From assembly GCA_963632935.1 (NCBI GenBank), contig CAVGWA010000005.1, forward strand, positions 610 through 64,609: 64,000 nucleotides of DNA, in the 5' to 3' direction. Of this stretch, positions 1 to 9,025 are shown in pieces. Under the pieces are notes generated by a model that searched no databases, was not told the origin of the DNA, and saw nothing but the letters and a program-made list of their open reading frames with translations. Within the stretch, counting starts at the first letter, position 1, and every line of letters starts with the position of its first letter. A program made the position numbers and the translations under genes. This DNA is from Oscillospiraceae bacterium. GTDB lineage: Bacteria; Bacillota_I; Bacilli_A; RF39; UBA660.

Positions 1-146
1 AGATCCTGATTATTAGAAACAGATACATTACTAGAATTTCCCTTTGATGAATTATTAATCACAACATAAGTTAAAGCAACAATTAAAATTATAACCATAA
101 CCATTAAAATATAAATTAAAATTATCTTACCCTTTTCACTCTTCAT
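1..146 (-). CDS. Partial CDS (5' end only, runs off the window): N-terminally membrane-anchored protein, function unknown
   Basis: ATG at 144-146 (minus) preceded by an AGGTGAT Shine-Dalgarno. Translation MKSEKGKIILIYILMVMVIILIVALTYVVINNSSKG... is a short basic N-terminus plus one hydrophobic helix. The frame stays open to the window edge. Confidence 0.4.
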   Translation of the reverse strand, partial: MKSEKGKIILIYILMVMVIILIVALTYVVINNSSKGNSSNVSVSNNQD

Positions 147-188
147 CCTTATCACCTATTACTAATATAACACATTTCATTTTAAATT

Positions 189-3041
189 TCAATTTTCTAA
201 CTTAACTATTTCACTTGCAATCAATTGATATTCATTAAATCTTTTCTCTACCTTACACTTTATCTTTAAAAAATCAGCAATAAACAAATTATGCTTATAA
301 ACCTTAGGGAAAACAACAACTTCTATTTGTGAAAGTTCATCACTAACAGTCAAAAAAGCCATTTTTTCCTTATTTTTAGTATCTATCTCTCTTAACTTGT
401 CAACACTAACAATAACAGTAACATTCCTATCAAAATAATTAGCAATATTCTTTAAATCAATAATATCCTTATAAACTTTCTTATATTCACCGATTGGGTT
501 TACAGTTAAATAAAAACCAAACACATCAAGTTCCTTTTGCATCAGCTCTTTTTTAGAAAATTCTTTAAATAAATTCAACTGAGGTTTTAAACTATCATCA
601 ACATACCTACCAATTTCACTATAATTAATTATAATATCTAAATTATTAATTAATGTTTTCTTATTAGCAAATTCATCAAAAACACCCGCATATATTAAAC
701 TTTCAAATGAACTTCTACTAATATCACACCTACAAACAAAATCAAAAATATCATTAAATTTTCCTTTTTTTCTTTCGTCCAAAATCATATTTACATCAAA
801 TTTACTAACACCTTTTATAAAAGTCAAAGGAAAAATTATTCTATCATTTATCACCTTATAATCATTATCACTCAAATTTATATTAGGTTTTAAAACTTTA
901 ACTCCATTTAAACTACATTCATAAATATATTCTCTCATCTTCACTTCACTACCAGATGCGAAAGAAAGTAAATGTTTCATAAAAATAGCAGGAAAATGTG
1001 CCTTCAAATAAGCCATACGATATGAAATCATCCCATAAGCAATAGAATGAGAACGATTAAAACCATAATCAGCAAACTTAAAAATCATGTCATAAACCCT
1101 GCTAGCAGTATTTAAATCATAACCTTTTTTTAAACTACCAGCAATAAACTTATTTTTTTCATTTAAAAGAATACGTTCACTTTTTTTACTCATAGCTCTT
1201 CTTAATAAATCAGCCTCGGCCAAAGAATATCCAGCCATAACATTAGCAATTCTCATAATTTGTTCCTGATATACAATAATACCATATGTAGATTCCAATA
1301 TAACCTTTAAATCATCATGAAAATAATCAATCTTCTCTTCTCCATTTCTTCTTCTAATGTAAGAATCAATATTTTTCATAGGTCCTGGTCTAAATAAAGC
1401 TAAAGCAACCGCAACATCCTCAAAACTATCAGGTTTTAATCTTTTTAAAAAATTCTTCATTCCCTCAGATTCAAATTGGAAAATTCCAGCAGTTCTTCCA
1501 TCTTTAAAAACATTTAAAGTTAACTCATCATCAAGTACAATATCATCAAACTTCAAATTAATATCCTTTAAAATATCAGCTATAATAGTTAAATTTTTAA
1601 GACCCAAAAAATCCATCTTTAAAAAACCTATTTTTTCTAAATGATCTTTATCATATTCACTAACAAAAAAATCATTTACCTTATCAAGGGGAATATATTC
1701 ATCTAAATTATATCTTGACATAATAACCCCTGCCGCATGAAGCGAAGTATGTCGTTTTAAACCTTCAATTTTAGAAGCAATTTTATATAAACCTTGAAAC
1801 TCTTTATTAGCCTTCAAAAAATTTTTAACCTTAACGTTTTGATAATTTTGTTTTAAACTTAACCTAGAATCCAAAAGTTTACTTAACTCATCAGTCTTTT
1901 TTGCATCAACGCCAACTATCTTACTTACATCTCTTACAGCTTGCTTAGAAGCTAAAGTATTAAAAGTAACTATCAAAGCGACTTTTTTTTGACCATACTT
2001 TTCAATACAATATTTTATAACCTCTTCCCTTTTTGTGTCCTCAAAATCAACATCTATATCAGGCATAGTAATACGTTCAGGATTTAAAAATCTTTCAAAA
2101 AGTAAATTATATTTAATTGGATCAATAGTAGTAATATTTAAACAATAAGCAACTAAACAGCCAGCCGCACTACCCCTACCAGGACCAACCAATATATCAT
2201 GTTCTCTCGCATATTTAATATAATCCGCAACAATTAAAAAATAATCACAAAATCCCATCTTATTAATAACATCTAACTCTTTTTTTAACCTAATCGCATA
2301 CCTTTTAGAAACTTGATCACCAAAAATTCTCTTCATACCTAATATACATTGTCTTTTTAACTCCTGATAAGCATCTAAATTAGAATCATATACTGGAAGT
2401 AAATCATCTTCCTTTTTAATTTTTAAATTACAAATACTAACTAAATATTCATTATTTTTATCAAATCCTTTTAAAGGAAACAAACTTTTACCTTTAAAAT
2501 CATCCTCTATTTCATTAATCTTTATTCCATCACAAATTGCCTTTAAGTATTTTAAATTATTAATATCATCTTCATTTATACAAAGAATCTCACCCATATA
2601 AATAATATTTTTATTTTTAATTTTTAATCTTTCTTCTTCATTTTTATAACCGATAAAAATATACTCATAAATATTTTTAAGTTCTCTATAAATTTTTCCG
2701 CTTTCAAATGGAACTAAACACACAAGTCCAGATGAATATAAATTCAAATCATCAATTTTAATACTATCTTTTATAGTAACAAGTTTCATTAAATTTTTAT
2801 ATCCATCATAATTCATCGCATAAAATATCACGTTATAAGGAATAGAAAGTTCTAAACCAACAATAGGCTTAATGCCATTTAAAATGCATTTATTATAAAA
2901 TTCAAATGCACCATACATATTATAATCAGTAATAGTTAAAGCTTTGATATTATTTTTTAAAGCAACATCTATTAAATCATCAATTTTAATCATACTTTTT
3001 AAAAAAGAATTATCTGTTTTTATATTAATTGGTGCATTCAT
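189..3041 (-). CDS. dnaE: DNA polymerase III alpha subunit, DnaE type (short, about 950 aa)
   Basis: Polymerase core motifs GPGRGSAAGCLVAYCLNITTIDP, MPDIDVDFED, FRPGPM and IVYQEQIM, plus a C-terminal OB-fold-like region. The start is set at ATG 3041 (MNAPINIK) because AGGAGGT lies 6 nt upstream; the ORF track starts at 3062. Confidence 0.9.
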   Translation of the reverse strand: MNAPINIKTDNSFLKSMIKIDDLIDVALKNNIKALTITDYNMYGAFEFYNKCILNGIKPIVGLELSIPYNVIFYAMNYDGYKNLMKLVTIKDSIKIDDLNLYSSGLVCLVPFESGKIYRELKNIYEYIFIGYKNEEERLKIKNKNIIYMGEILCINEDDINNLKYLKAICDGIKINEIEDDFKGKSLFPLKGFDKNNEYLVSICNLKIKKEDDLLPVYDSNLDAYQELKRQCILGMKRIFGDQVSKRYAIRLKKELDVINKMGFCDYFLIVADYIKYAREHDILVGPGRGSAAGCLVAYCLNITTIDPIKYNLLFERFLNPERITMPDIDVDFEDTKREEVIKYCIEKYGQKKVALIVTFNTLASKQAVRDVSKIVGVDAKKTDELSKLLDSRLSLKQNYQNVKVKNFLKANKEFQGLYKIASKIEGLKRHTSLHAAGVIMSRYNLDEYIPLDKVNDFFVSEYDKDHLEKIGFLKMDFLGLKNLTIIADILKDINLKFDDIVLDDELTLNVFKDGRTAGIFQFESEGMKNFLKRLKPDSFEDVAVALALFRPGPMKNIDSYIRRRNGEEKIDYFHDDLKVILESTYGIIVYQEQIMRIANVMAGYSLAEADLLRRAMSKKSERILLNEKNKFIAGSLKKGYDLNTASRVYDMIFKFADYGFNRSHSIAYGMISYRMAYLKAHFPAIFMKHLLSFASGSEVKMREYIYECSLNGVKVLKPNINLSDNDYKVINDRIIFPLTFIKGVSKFDVNMILDERKKGKFNDIFDFVCRCDISRSSFESLIYAGVFDEFANKKTLINNLDIIINYSEIGRYVDDSLKPQLNLFKEFSKKELMQKELDVFGFYLTVNPIGEYKKVYKDIIDLKNIANYFDRNVTVIVSVDKLREIDTKNKEKMAFLTVSDELSQIEVVVFPKVYKHNLFIADFLKIKCKVEKRFNEYQLIASEIVKLEN

Positions 3042-3159
3042 AACCATACCTCCTAACTCCATTTTACTATAATTTAAATTTTTATAAAAGATATTATTTA
3101 CAACATAAATATGAATTTGCTATAATAAATACTAAAATTATTATGAAAGTTGGTTTAAT

Positions 3160-4566
3160 ATGAAAAGCAATAATATTTTAGATGCCTTTGGACTAGATGA
3201 CATTCTCGAAAACTTATGCATCTGTAATATATTTAAAAGAAACGAAAAGATAATTAATGAACATTTAATAGTATATTTTGAAAATATAGGACTAGATTTT
3301 GGCTTTGTTTGTAAAGATGTCAATTTATTTATCTCACTAAAAAAAGCTCCAGGAGAAGCTTTAAATATAAATGATAAAACAGATGATATTTGTGCTGTTT
3401 CATGCACATCATTAGATTTATTTTCAAACAATGTTGAAGAAATTATAAAAGAACGTTCTAAAGAAGACGGAAACTTTTATATTTTTAATGAGGAAGAAAA
3501 TAACTTTGAAGAAATTAATGACGAAAAAATACTAAAACTATGTAAACACAATGATGAAGAGGAAAATTTTTCAAATTTAAATATTTCAGAAATGTTTAAT
3601 TCAATAAAACAAACAATAATTTCCCAAGATAAACAAATAATGCAAATATTAGCATCAATTTACAAAAACCAAGCAATTATTAACTCTGATTTAGATGATT
3701 TCACAATAGCTAAATTAAAAGAAAATATAATTGTATATGGTCCCACCGGTACAGGTAAGACAGAAATATTAAAACAAATAGCTAAAATGTGTGGCATCCC
3801 AATTGTAATTGAAGACGCAACCTCGTTTACAGAAGTAGGATACGTTGGAAGAAATGTGCCAGAAATGCTGAATGATCTATATAACCAAACAAATGATGAC
3901 ATAGATATAGCACAAAAAGGAATATTAGTTATAGATGAATTTGATAAACTAGCAAGCAGTAGTTCAAATGGAAATGAAGATGGCCCATCTAGACAAGGCG
4001 TTCAAAGGTCACTATTAAAAATATTAGATGGTGGTACAGTTTCATTCGCAGAAGATACCCTTGGTGGAGATACGATAAACTTTGACACATCAAAATTAAC
4101 AGTTGTTGCCCTAGGTGCATTCGAAGGCATTACAAAAGATGAAGAATATGAAAATATAACAATTAAAGACTTTACCGAAAGAGGAATAATGAGAGAAGTA
4201 GTTGGAAGATTTTCAAAACTAGTAGCAATGAATTCGTTAAACAAAAAAGATTTTAAAAAAATACTAATAGAATCCAACTTAAGTCCATTAAATACATATA
4301 AAAGATTCTTTGAAAGCATTGGGGTAACATTTACCTACGATGAAGAATTAATAGATTATATCACAGACGAAGCACTAGCTTTAAATCTAGGTGCGAGAAG
4401 CTTAAAAACAGTATTGGACAATATCATTAATGATAAACTTTATGAAATATTTGCTGAAGAAAAAAAAGAACTTCATCTAACAAAACCAGAAAAAAATAAA
4501 TCATACATATTAAAAAATAAAAAAAGAAACAGCAAAACTTATATTGGTTTCGCACAAAATTATTAA
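3160..4566 (+). CDS. ClpX/HslU-family AAA+ ATPase with a unique acidic N-terminal region (orphan unfoldase-like)
   Basis: Walker A GPTGTGKTE, pore-loop segment ATSFTEVGYVGRNV (HslU/ClpX signature), Walker B ILVIDEFDKL, GVQRSLLKILDG, and sensor-2-like GARSLKTVL. No C4 zinc-binding domain, no HslU I-domain and no internal IGF loop. Confidence 0.75.
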   Translation: MKSNNILDAFGLDDILENLCICNIFKRNEKIINEHLIVYFENIGLDFGFVCKDVNLFISLKKAPGEALNINDKTDDICAVSCTSLDLFSNNVEEIIKERSKEDGNFYIFNEEENNFEEINDEKILKLCKHNDEEENFSNLNISEMFNSIKQTIISQDKQIMQILASIYKNQAIINSDLDDFTIAKLKENIIVYGPTGTGKTEILKQIAKMCGIPIVIEDATSFTEVGYVGRNVPEMLNDLYNQTNDDIDIAQKGILVIDEFDKLASSSSNGNEDGPSRQGVQRSLLKILDGGTVSFAEDTLGGDTINFDTSKLTVVALGAFEGITKDEEYENITIKDFTERGIMREVVGRFSKLVAMNSLNKKDFKKILIESNLSPLNTYKRFFESIGVTFTYDEELIDYITDEALALNLGARSLKTVLDNIINDKLYEIFAEEKKELHLTKPEKNKSYILKNKKRNSKTYIGFAQNY

Positions 4567-4582
4567 TTTATACCAATATTAT

Positions 4583-4611
4583 TTGACTTATTTAACATAA
4601 TATGGTAAAGT
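4583..4611 (+). promoter_or_regulatory. Sigma-A-type promoter for rpmB
   Basis: TTGACT (4583-4588), a 17-nt spacer, then TGgTAAAGT, an extended -10 (TAAAGT at 4606-4611). It lies about 34 nt upstream of the rpmB start. Confidence 0.45.
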
Positions 4612-4644
4612 TATAACCGTGAGAAAAACTTAAGGAGGGATATT

Positions 4645-4818
4645 ATGGCTAAAAAAATAACTGAAGCAAAACCTTTATTTGGTAATCGTCGTTCACATGC
4701 ATTAAATGCAACAAAACACGCATTTAAACCAAATTTACAAACAGTAACAATTGATGGTAAAAAATACAGAATTACTGCTCGTGAATTAAAAACAATTAAA
4801 AATAAATTATCTGCATAA
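4645..4818 (+). CDS. rpmB: 50S ribosomal protein L28 (57 aa; below the ORF-track length cutoff)
   Basis: GGAGGG SD 7 nt upstream of the ATG. Translation [57 protein letters not shown] matches the L28 pattern (GN..SHA.N.TKR.F.PNLQ). Confidence 0.9.
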   Translation: MAKKITEAKPLFGNRRSHALNATKHAFKPNLQTVTIDGKKYRITARELKTIKNKLSA

Positions 4819-4840
4819 GTTCATTATGAACTTTTTTTAT
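4817..4840 (+). terminator. Rho-independent terminator after rpmB
   Basis: Stem aagttca (4817-4823) / tgaactt (4827-4833) with a 3-nt loop, followed by tttttat. Confidence 0.6.
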
Positions 4841-4844
4841 TATC

Positions 4845-4874
4845 AAAAAAGAAAGCCCTGAGAGATAAGCTTTC
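4845..4874 (-). terminator. Possible terminator after the histidine kinase gene
   Basis: Stem gaaagc (4851-4856) / gctttc (4869-4874) with a 12-nt loop, and a T-run on the minus strand (plus-strand aaaaaa, 4845-4850). Confidence 0.4.
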
Positions 4875-6134
4875 TTATTTTATTGTAAATGATATACCAG
4901 TTCGTTCATTTTTTGCACTTACTTCATAACCAAGTAAAGACAGTGTTTGTTTAACAATAGATAAACCTAAACCAAACTGGCCTTTAATACCTTTTTTATA
5001 AGGAGTAAACATGTTGTTTAAAATATTTTCATCAATATTAGGACCGTCATTATAAAATGTAATGCGATGATTTTTAACCGTTATTTTTATTATTTTATCA
5101 GCATAACGAATAAAATTACTTAAGATATTATCAATAATCGCTTCCCACATATCGGTCGAACCTTTAAAATCAGTTCTTTTATCTAAAATATCGATTTGCC
5201 ATTTAATATCTGGCCTTGTTATTTTAAACTTAGATACAGAATCTTCTAATATTTCAGTAACATTTATAATATCACTTTTATAATTATCCATATCTTTAAA
5301 ATACGTTAATTTATTTAAATATAGTAAGGAGTGTACTTTAATTTCTAATTTTTTAATTTCTTGTTTAATAATTTTCAATCCGTGTTTTTCATCCTGCATG
5401 CCATCTTCAATCGCTTCAATATATGACTTTATAACGGTGAGAGGTGTCTTAAAATCATGAGAAATATTTTGATACATTTTGTTTTTATACTCTTCTCCTT
5501 TAGAAAGAGTAAGCTTCATTTCATCAATGGCATTTGACAAGACTTTTAATTCATCATCTACTTTATAGCTATATTTATCTACATAATTTTCATTATCTAA
5601 ATTATCAACCTTTTCCTTTAAATGATGAATTTTTTGGGCGAGCAGCTGACTCCACCATGCAACTATAGCAATCATTAGTAGCAAGGTAACAAACAAGACC
5701 GGGAATAAAGCCTCTAATATATCAGTCCGCATTTGACGAATATAAGCATCACTAGTTATAGCAACACGATAACTACCTTCGTCTTTTTTTGTATAATAGT
5801 AATATGTTTTATTTTTATAAACAAATTTACCATATTCCCCTTTTATGTTTTTCATAATTTGATTAGTTGGAAGATTAGTAACTTTATCCATATTTTTTGA
5901 CACTGTTATAACATCATTTTCAACATAAATATACGCTATTTTACTATCAATATCCTTCGAAAAAGTATCAGTCTGGACAACGTCTAATGGATTTTTTAAA
6001 TATAAATATATATTTTTCTCATAAATTGGTAATAAAACTCTAGGAAAAACAATTGCAAAACTTATATAAATCAAAGCAAACATAACTAAAACAATAGTTA
6101 AAATTTGCCTATATAAATTATGTTTTAATTTCAT
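4875..6134 (-). CDS. Sensor histidine kinase (two TM segments, HAMP-like linker, HisKA, HATPase_c)
   Basis: H-box ISHDFKTPLT, N-box IIDNILSNFIRYA, and G-boxes FYNDGPNI and GLGLSIVKQ. It overlaps the upstream response regulator gene by 4 nt. Confidence 0.85.
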   Translation of the reverse strand: MKLKHNLYRQILTIVLVMFALIYISFAIVFPRVLLPIYEKNIYLYLKNPLDVVQTDTFSKDIDSKIAYIYVENDVITVSKNMDKVTNLPTNQIMKNIKGEYGKFVYKNKTYYYYTKKDEGSYRVAITSDAYIRQMRTDILEALFPVLFVTLLLMIAIVAWWSQLLAQKIHHLKEKVDNLDNENYVDKYSYKVDDELKVLSNAIDEMKLTLSKGEEYKNKMYQNISHDFKTPLTVIKSYIEAIEDGMQDEKHGLKIIKQEIKKLEIKVHSLLYLNKLTYFKDMDNYKSDIINVTEILEDSVSKFKITRPDIKWQIDILDKRTDFKGSTDMWEAIIDNILSNFIRYADKIIKITVKNHRITFYNDGPNIDENILNNMFTPYKKGIKGQFGLGLSIVKQTLSLLGYEVSAKNERTGISFTIK

Positions 6135-6784
6135 GATAAGCGGTATCCATATCCATAAACTGTATTTAATCTTAACTCAGGCATTTTTTTTCTAAGTCTT
6201 CTAACTAAATCATCTACCACTCTATCACTTCCAAAGTAATCATCACCCCAAACATTTTTCAATATATGACTCCTAGAAAAAGATTTATTTTTATTATTTA
6301 TAAACATTATTAATAAATTAAATTCTAAAGTAGTGAGAGAAATTTCTTTAGTTTTACTTTTAACCAATCGCTTGTCTAAATCAATTTCATAACAGCCATA
6401 CTCAACAATCTTTCCATGAGATGTATAAGTTCTTTTTATTATATTATTAACTCTTAATACCAATTCTTTGGGAGAATATGGTTTAGTAATATAATCATCA
6501 CTTCCTAATTCTAAACCAATTATTTTATCCAAATCTTGATCTCTAGCAGAAGTAAATATTACAGGAACATCTTTACTTTCTCTTAATTTTTTTATAATGT
6601 CATAACCGCTTATTTCATCGCCTAACATTATATCCAATATCCATAAATCAACTTTATCAGTTGTGTGATTTAAAGCATCAGTTCCAGAATAATATGAAAC
6701 CACTTCATATCCTTCCCTTTCAAGATAAGATTTTATAAGATCATTCAAATTTTTTTCATCTTCAACTAAACAAATTTTATACAT
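6131..6784 (-). CDS. OmpR/PhoB-family response regulator
   Basis: Receiver domain (DLWILDIMLGDEISG, VIFTSA, KPYSPKEL) plus a winged-helix C-terminus (LTTLEFNLL...VWG...DRVVDDLVRRLRKK...TVYGYGYRL). Confidence 0.9.
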   Translation of the reverse strand: MYKICLVEDEKNLNDLIKSYLEREGYEVVSYYSGTDALNHTTDKVDLWILDIMLGDEISGYDIIKKLRESKDVPVIFTSARDQDLDKIIGLELGSDDYITKPYSPKELVLRVNNIIKRTYTSHGKIVEYGCYEIDLDKRLVKSKTKEISLTTLEFNLLIMFINNKNKSFSRSHILKNVWGDDYFGSDRVVDDLVRRLRKKMPELRLNTVYGYGYRLS

Positions 6785-6906
6785 TAATTATCGCCTCATT
6801 TAATAGTATAACACTATTTTACTGTTTTCTCATCTATCACTTCCTTTCAAGAGCTTTTCCTTCGCTCTGTAACCATAATACAAAAACATTATGGACAAAG
6901 TTTGAT

Positions 6907-6930
6907 AAAAATATGTGAAAATATGTGAAA
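6907..6930. repeat. Tandem 10-bp direct repeat (atatgtgaaa x2) upstream of the two-component operon; candidate response-regulator site
   Basis: aaaa-atatgtgaaa-atatgtgaaa read directly at 6907-6930, about 127-146 nt upstream of the response regulator start codon (6784). Confidence 0.3.
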
Positions 6931-6946
6931 AAAGAGTTCTACTCTT
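6925..6946 (-). terminator. Possible terminator after obg
   Basis: Stem aagagt (6932-6937) / actctt (6941-6946) with a 3-nt loop that contains the obg stop codon. On the minus strand it is followed by tttttc. Confidence 0.4.
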
Positions 6947-8207
6947 TAAATTCGAACTCATAATTAAACATTTTAATTAAATCACCATCTTTAGCACCTA
7001 ACGCTCTTAATTCATCATCAATCCCCATTTTCCTTAACTTATTAGAAAATCTAAATATAGCCTCATCAGTATCTAACCTACTCATTATTAATAACTTTTC
7101 AACCTCTTTACCACTAATAACCCAATAATCATTTTCTTTAACAATTTTATAAGGTTTTTCTTCTTTAAACTTATAAACAACATGACTTTCAAACTTTTCA
7201 CTGCTATATAAATCTTTCTTAGGAATACTATCTAAGGTATCAGCAATAACACATAAAATTTTAGAAATACCATCACCATTAATAGCTGACATTTCATATA
7301 TATCCTTATCAACTTTTTCTTTAAATAGTTCTAAATTTTTTTTAGAATCAGGCATATCCATTTTATTAGCAATAATTATTTGTGGTTTTTCTAATAACTT
7401 CTTATCAAAGTTTTCAAGTTCCTTATTAATTGTAATATAATCAATATAAGGATCATTAGTATAACCACTCATATCAATTATATGAGCAATCACCCTAGTC
7501 CTTTCGATATGTTTTAAAAACCTATCACCAAGCCCATGACCTAAAGAAGCTCCTTCAATTAATCCTGGTAAATCAGCAACAACAAAACTACGATTATCAA
7601 TAGTTTTAACGACTCCTAAATTAGGTTTTAAAGTAGTAAAAGGATAGTCAGCAATTTTAGGTCGAGATGCAGATATTTTAGAAATAAAAGTTGACTTCCC
7701 AACAGATGGCATACCAACCAAACCAACATCAGCCATCAATTTAAGTTCAATCTTAACCTTTATTCTTTCACCAGGCTCACCATTTTCAGCATAATGTGGA
7801 GCAGGATTAGATTGAGTAGCAAATGCCATATTTCCTCTACCACCACGGCCACCTTTAGCAATCACAAACTCTTCACCTGGTTTTGTTAAATCAGCAATAA
7901 CCAAATTAGTATCATAGTCAGTAACAACAGTTCCTTGAGGAACAGGAATTACAATATTAGACGCATTCTTACCGTGCATTCCCTTACCTAAACCATTTTC
8001 ACCATGATAACCCTTAATAATTTTTTTATACTTAAAATCAACTAAAGTATTAAGACCCAAATCAACCTTAAAAATAATATCAGAACCTTTTCCTCCATTA
8101 CCACCAAAAGGGCCTCCCATAGCAACATATTTTTCTCTTCTAAAAGCTAAGCAGCCATCTCCACCACTGCCAGCAATCAATTCAACTAAAGCTTCATCTA
8201 TAAACAT
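6939..8207 (-). CDS. obg: GTPase Obg/CgtA
   Basis: Obg fold N-terminus (FIDEA...GGDGC..FRREKY...GGP.GG.GG.G), G domain (GMPSVGKST, DLPGLIEGA, NKMD) and a C-terminal OCT domain. Confidence 0.95.
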   Translation of the reverse strand: MFIDEALVELIAGSGGDGCLAFRREKYVAMGGPFGGNGGKGSDIIFKVDLGLNTLVDFKYKKIIKGYHGENGLGKGMHGKNASNIVIPVPQGTVVTDYDTNLVIADLTKPGEEFVIAKGGRGGRGNMAFATQSNPAPHYAENGEPGERIKVKIELKLMADVGLVGMPSVGKSTFISKISASRPKIADYPFTTLKPNLGVVKTIDNRSFVVADLPGLIEGASLGHGLGDRFLKHIERTRVIAHIIDMSGYTNDPYIDYITINKELENFDKKLLEKPQIIIANKMDMPDSKKNLELFKEKVDKDIYEMSAINGDGISKILCVIADTLDSIPKKDLYSSEKFESHVVYKFKEEKPYKIVKENDYWVISGKEVEKLLIMSRLDTDEAIFRFSNKLRKMGIDDELRALGAKDGDLIKMFNYEFEFKE

Positions 8208-8257
8208 AACAATCGCTCCTTACTAAATACATTATACATTAAAGCATAGATAATAAC

Positions 8258-8283
8258 AAGAAAAACACATCGACGATGTGTTT
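8258..8283 (-). terminator. Rho-independent terminator after the LRR pilin-like gene
   Basis: Inverted repeat aaacacatcg (8263-8272) / cgatgtgttt (8274-8283), followed on the minus strand by ttttcttgtt. Confidence 0.6.
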
Positions 8284-8749
8284 AACTCCAATGTATAGTT
8301 GCATCTTCAGCCCCCCATGGAAAGCCAGACAAAGACCCAGTATCAATAGTTTTAACATAAAATATTATTCCACTATTTCCAACAAATGCATCAGATGAAA
8401 TTTCCAAAATATTAGACTTTATAGTAATATTAACTAAAGATTTATCTTTAAAAGCCGAAGATCCAATAGAATCAACAACTAACCCATTAATAGTTTCTGG
8501 AATAAATACTGTTTTATCACAATCACCACTATATCCAGTAATTGTCGCATTTCCATTAGAATTTTTCTGATAATAAAAACAAGATTCTTCCGTAGTCAAC
8601 TTTTGAACATCATCCAAAGCACCCTCCTTTATTTTATCATTACTAAGCTTATGATTAGATAAAATAGAAACAGTTCCCATAACCAAAACTAAAAAAAGTG
8701 ATAAAATACCATAAAGTAATGCGGAAGTTACAAAACCATTTTCTTTCAT
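8282..8749 (-). CDS. Pilin-like N-terminus fused to a BspA-type leucine-rich-repeat module (minor-pilin-like; no Glu at +5)
   Basis: N-terminus MKENG|FVTSALLYGILSLFLVLVMG. The C-terminal half (FIPETINGLVVDSIGSSAFKDKSLVNITIKSNILEISSDAFVGN) looks like LRR_5/BspA-type repeats. Confidence 0.6.
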   Translation of the reverse strand: MKENGFVTSALLYGILSLFLVLVMGTVSILSNHKLSNDKIKEGALDDVQKLTTEESCFYYQKNSNGNATITGYSGDCDKTVFIPETINGLVVDSIGSSAFKDKSLVNITIKSNILEISSDAFVGNSGIIFYVKTIDTGSLSGFPWGAEDATIHWS

Positions 8750-8773
8750 ATAATCCCCTTACCTTTTACTAAA

Positions 8774-8802
8774 ATTATACCCCATTTATTTATCCAAGGC
8801 AA
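8774..8802 (-). promoter_or_regulatory. Sigma-A-type promoter for the LRR pilin-like gene
   Basis: On the minus strand: TTGCCT (8797-8802), a 17-nt spacer, then TATAAT (8774-8779). It lies about 25 nt upstream of the start at 8749. Confidence 0.5.
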
Positions 8803-8851
8803 GTACTAACCAACCAGCAAAATAAATCATATAATAATAAAGGTGATATAA

Positions 8852-9025
8852 ATGAAAAACATCTTCTTTGGTAAAGGAAAATGGACATTACTATGCATAA
8901 TATGTATGATAATACTACTTTATCAAATACTAATTACAATATTTATTGTAACAAGATTTAATGTATTTTTAATATTCATATTTCTAATAATTTTATTTAT
9001 TTGTATCTTTAGACTCCTTTGGTAA
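8852..9025 (+). CDS. Possible small hydrophobic protein (57 aa, two predicted TM helices)
   Basis: AGGTGA SD 6 nt before the ATG. Translation is MKNIFFGKGKWTLLCIICMIILLYQILITIFIVTRFNVFLIFIFLIILFICIFRLLW. It overlaps the 3' end of the convergent 8993-9907 gene by 33 nt, and AT-rich sequence yields such ORFs by chance. Confidence 0.2.
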   Translation: MKNIFFGKGKWTLLCIICMIILLYQILITIFIVTRFNVFLIFIFLIILFICIFRLLW

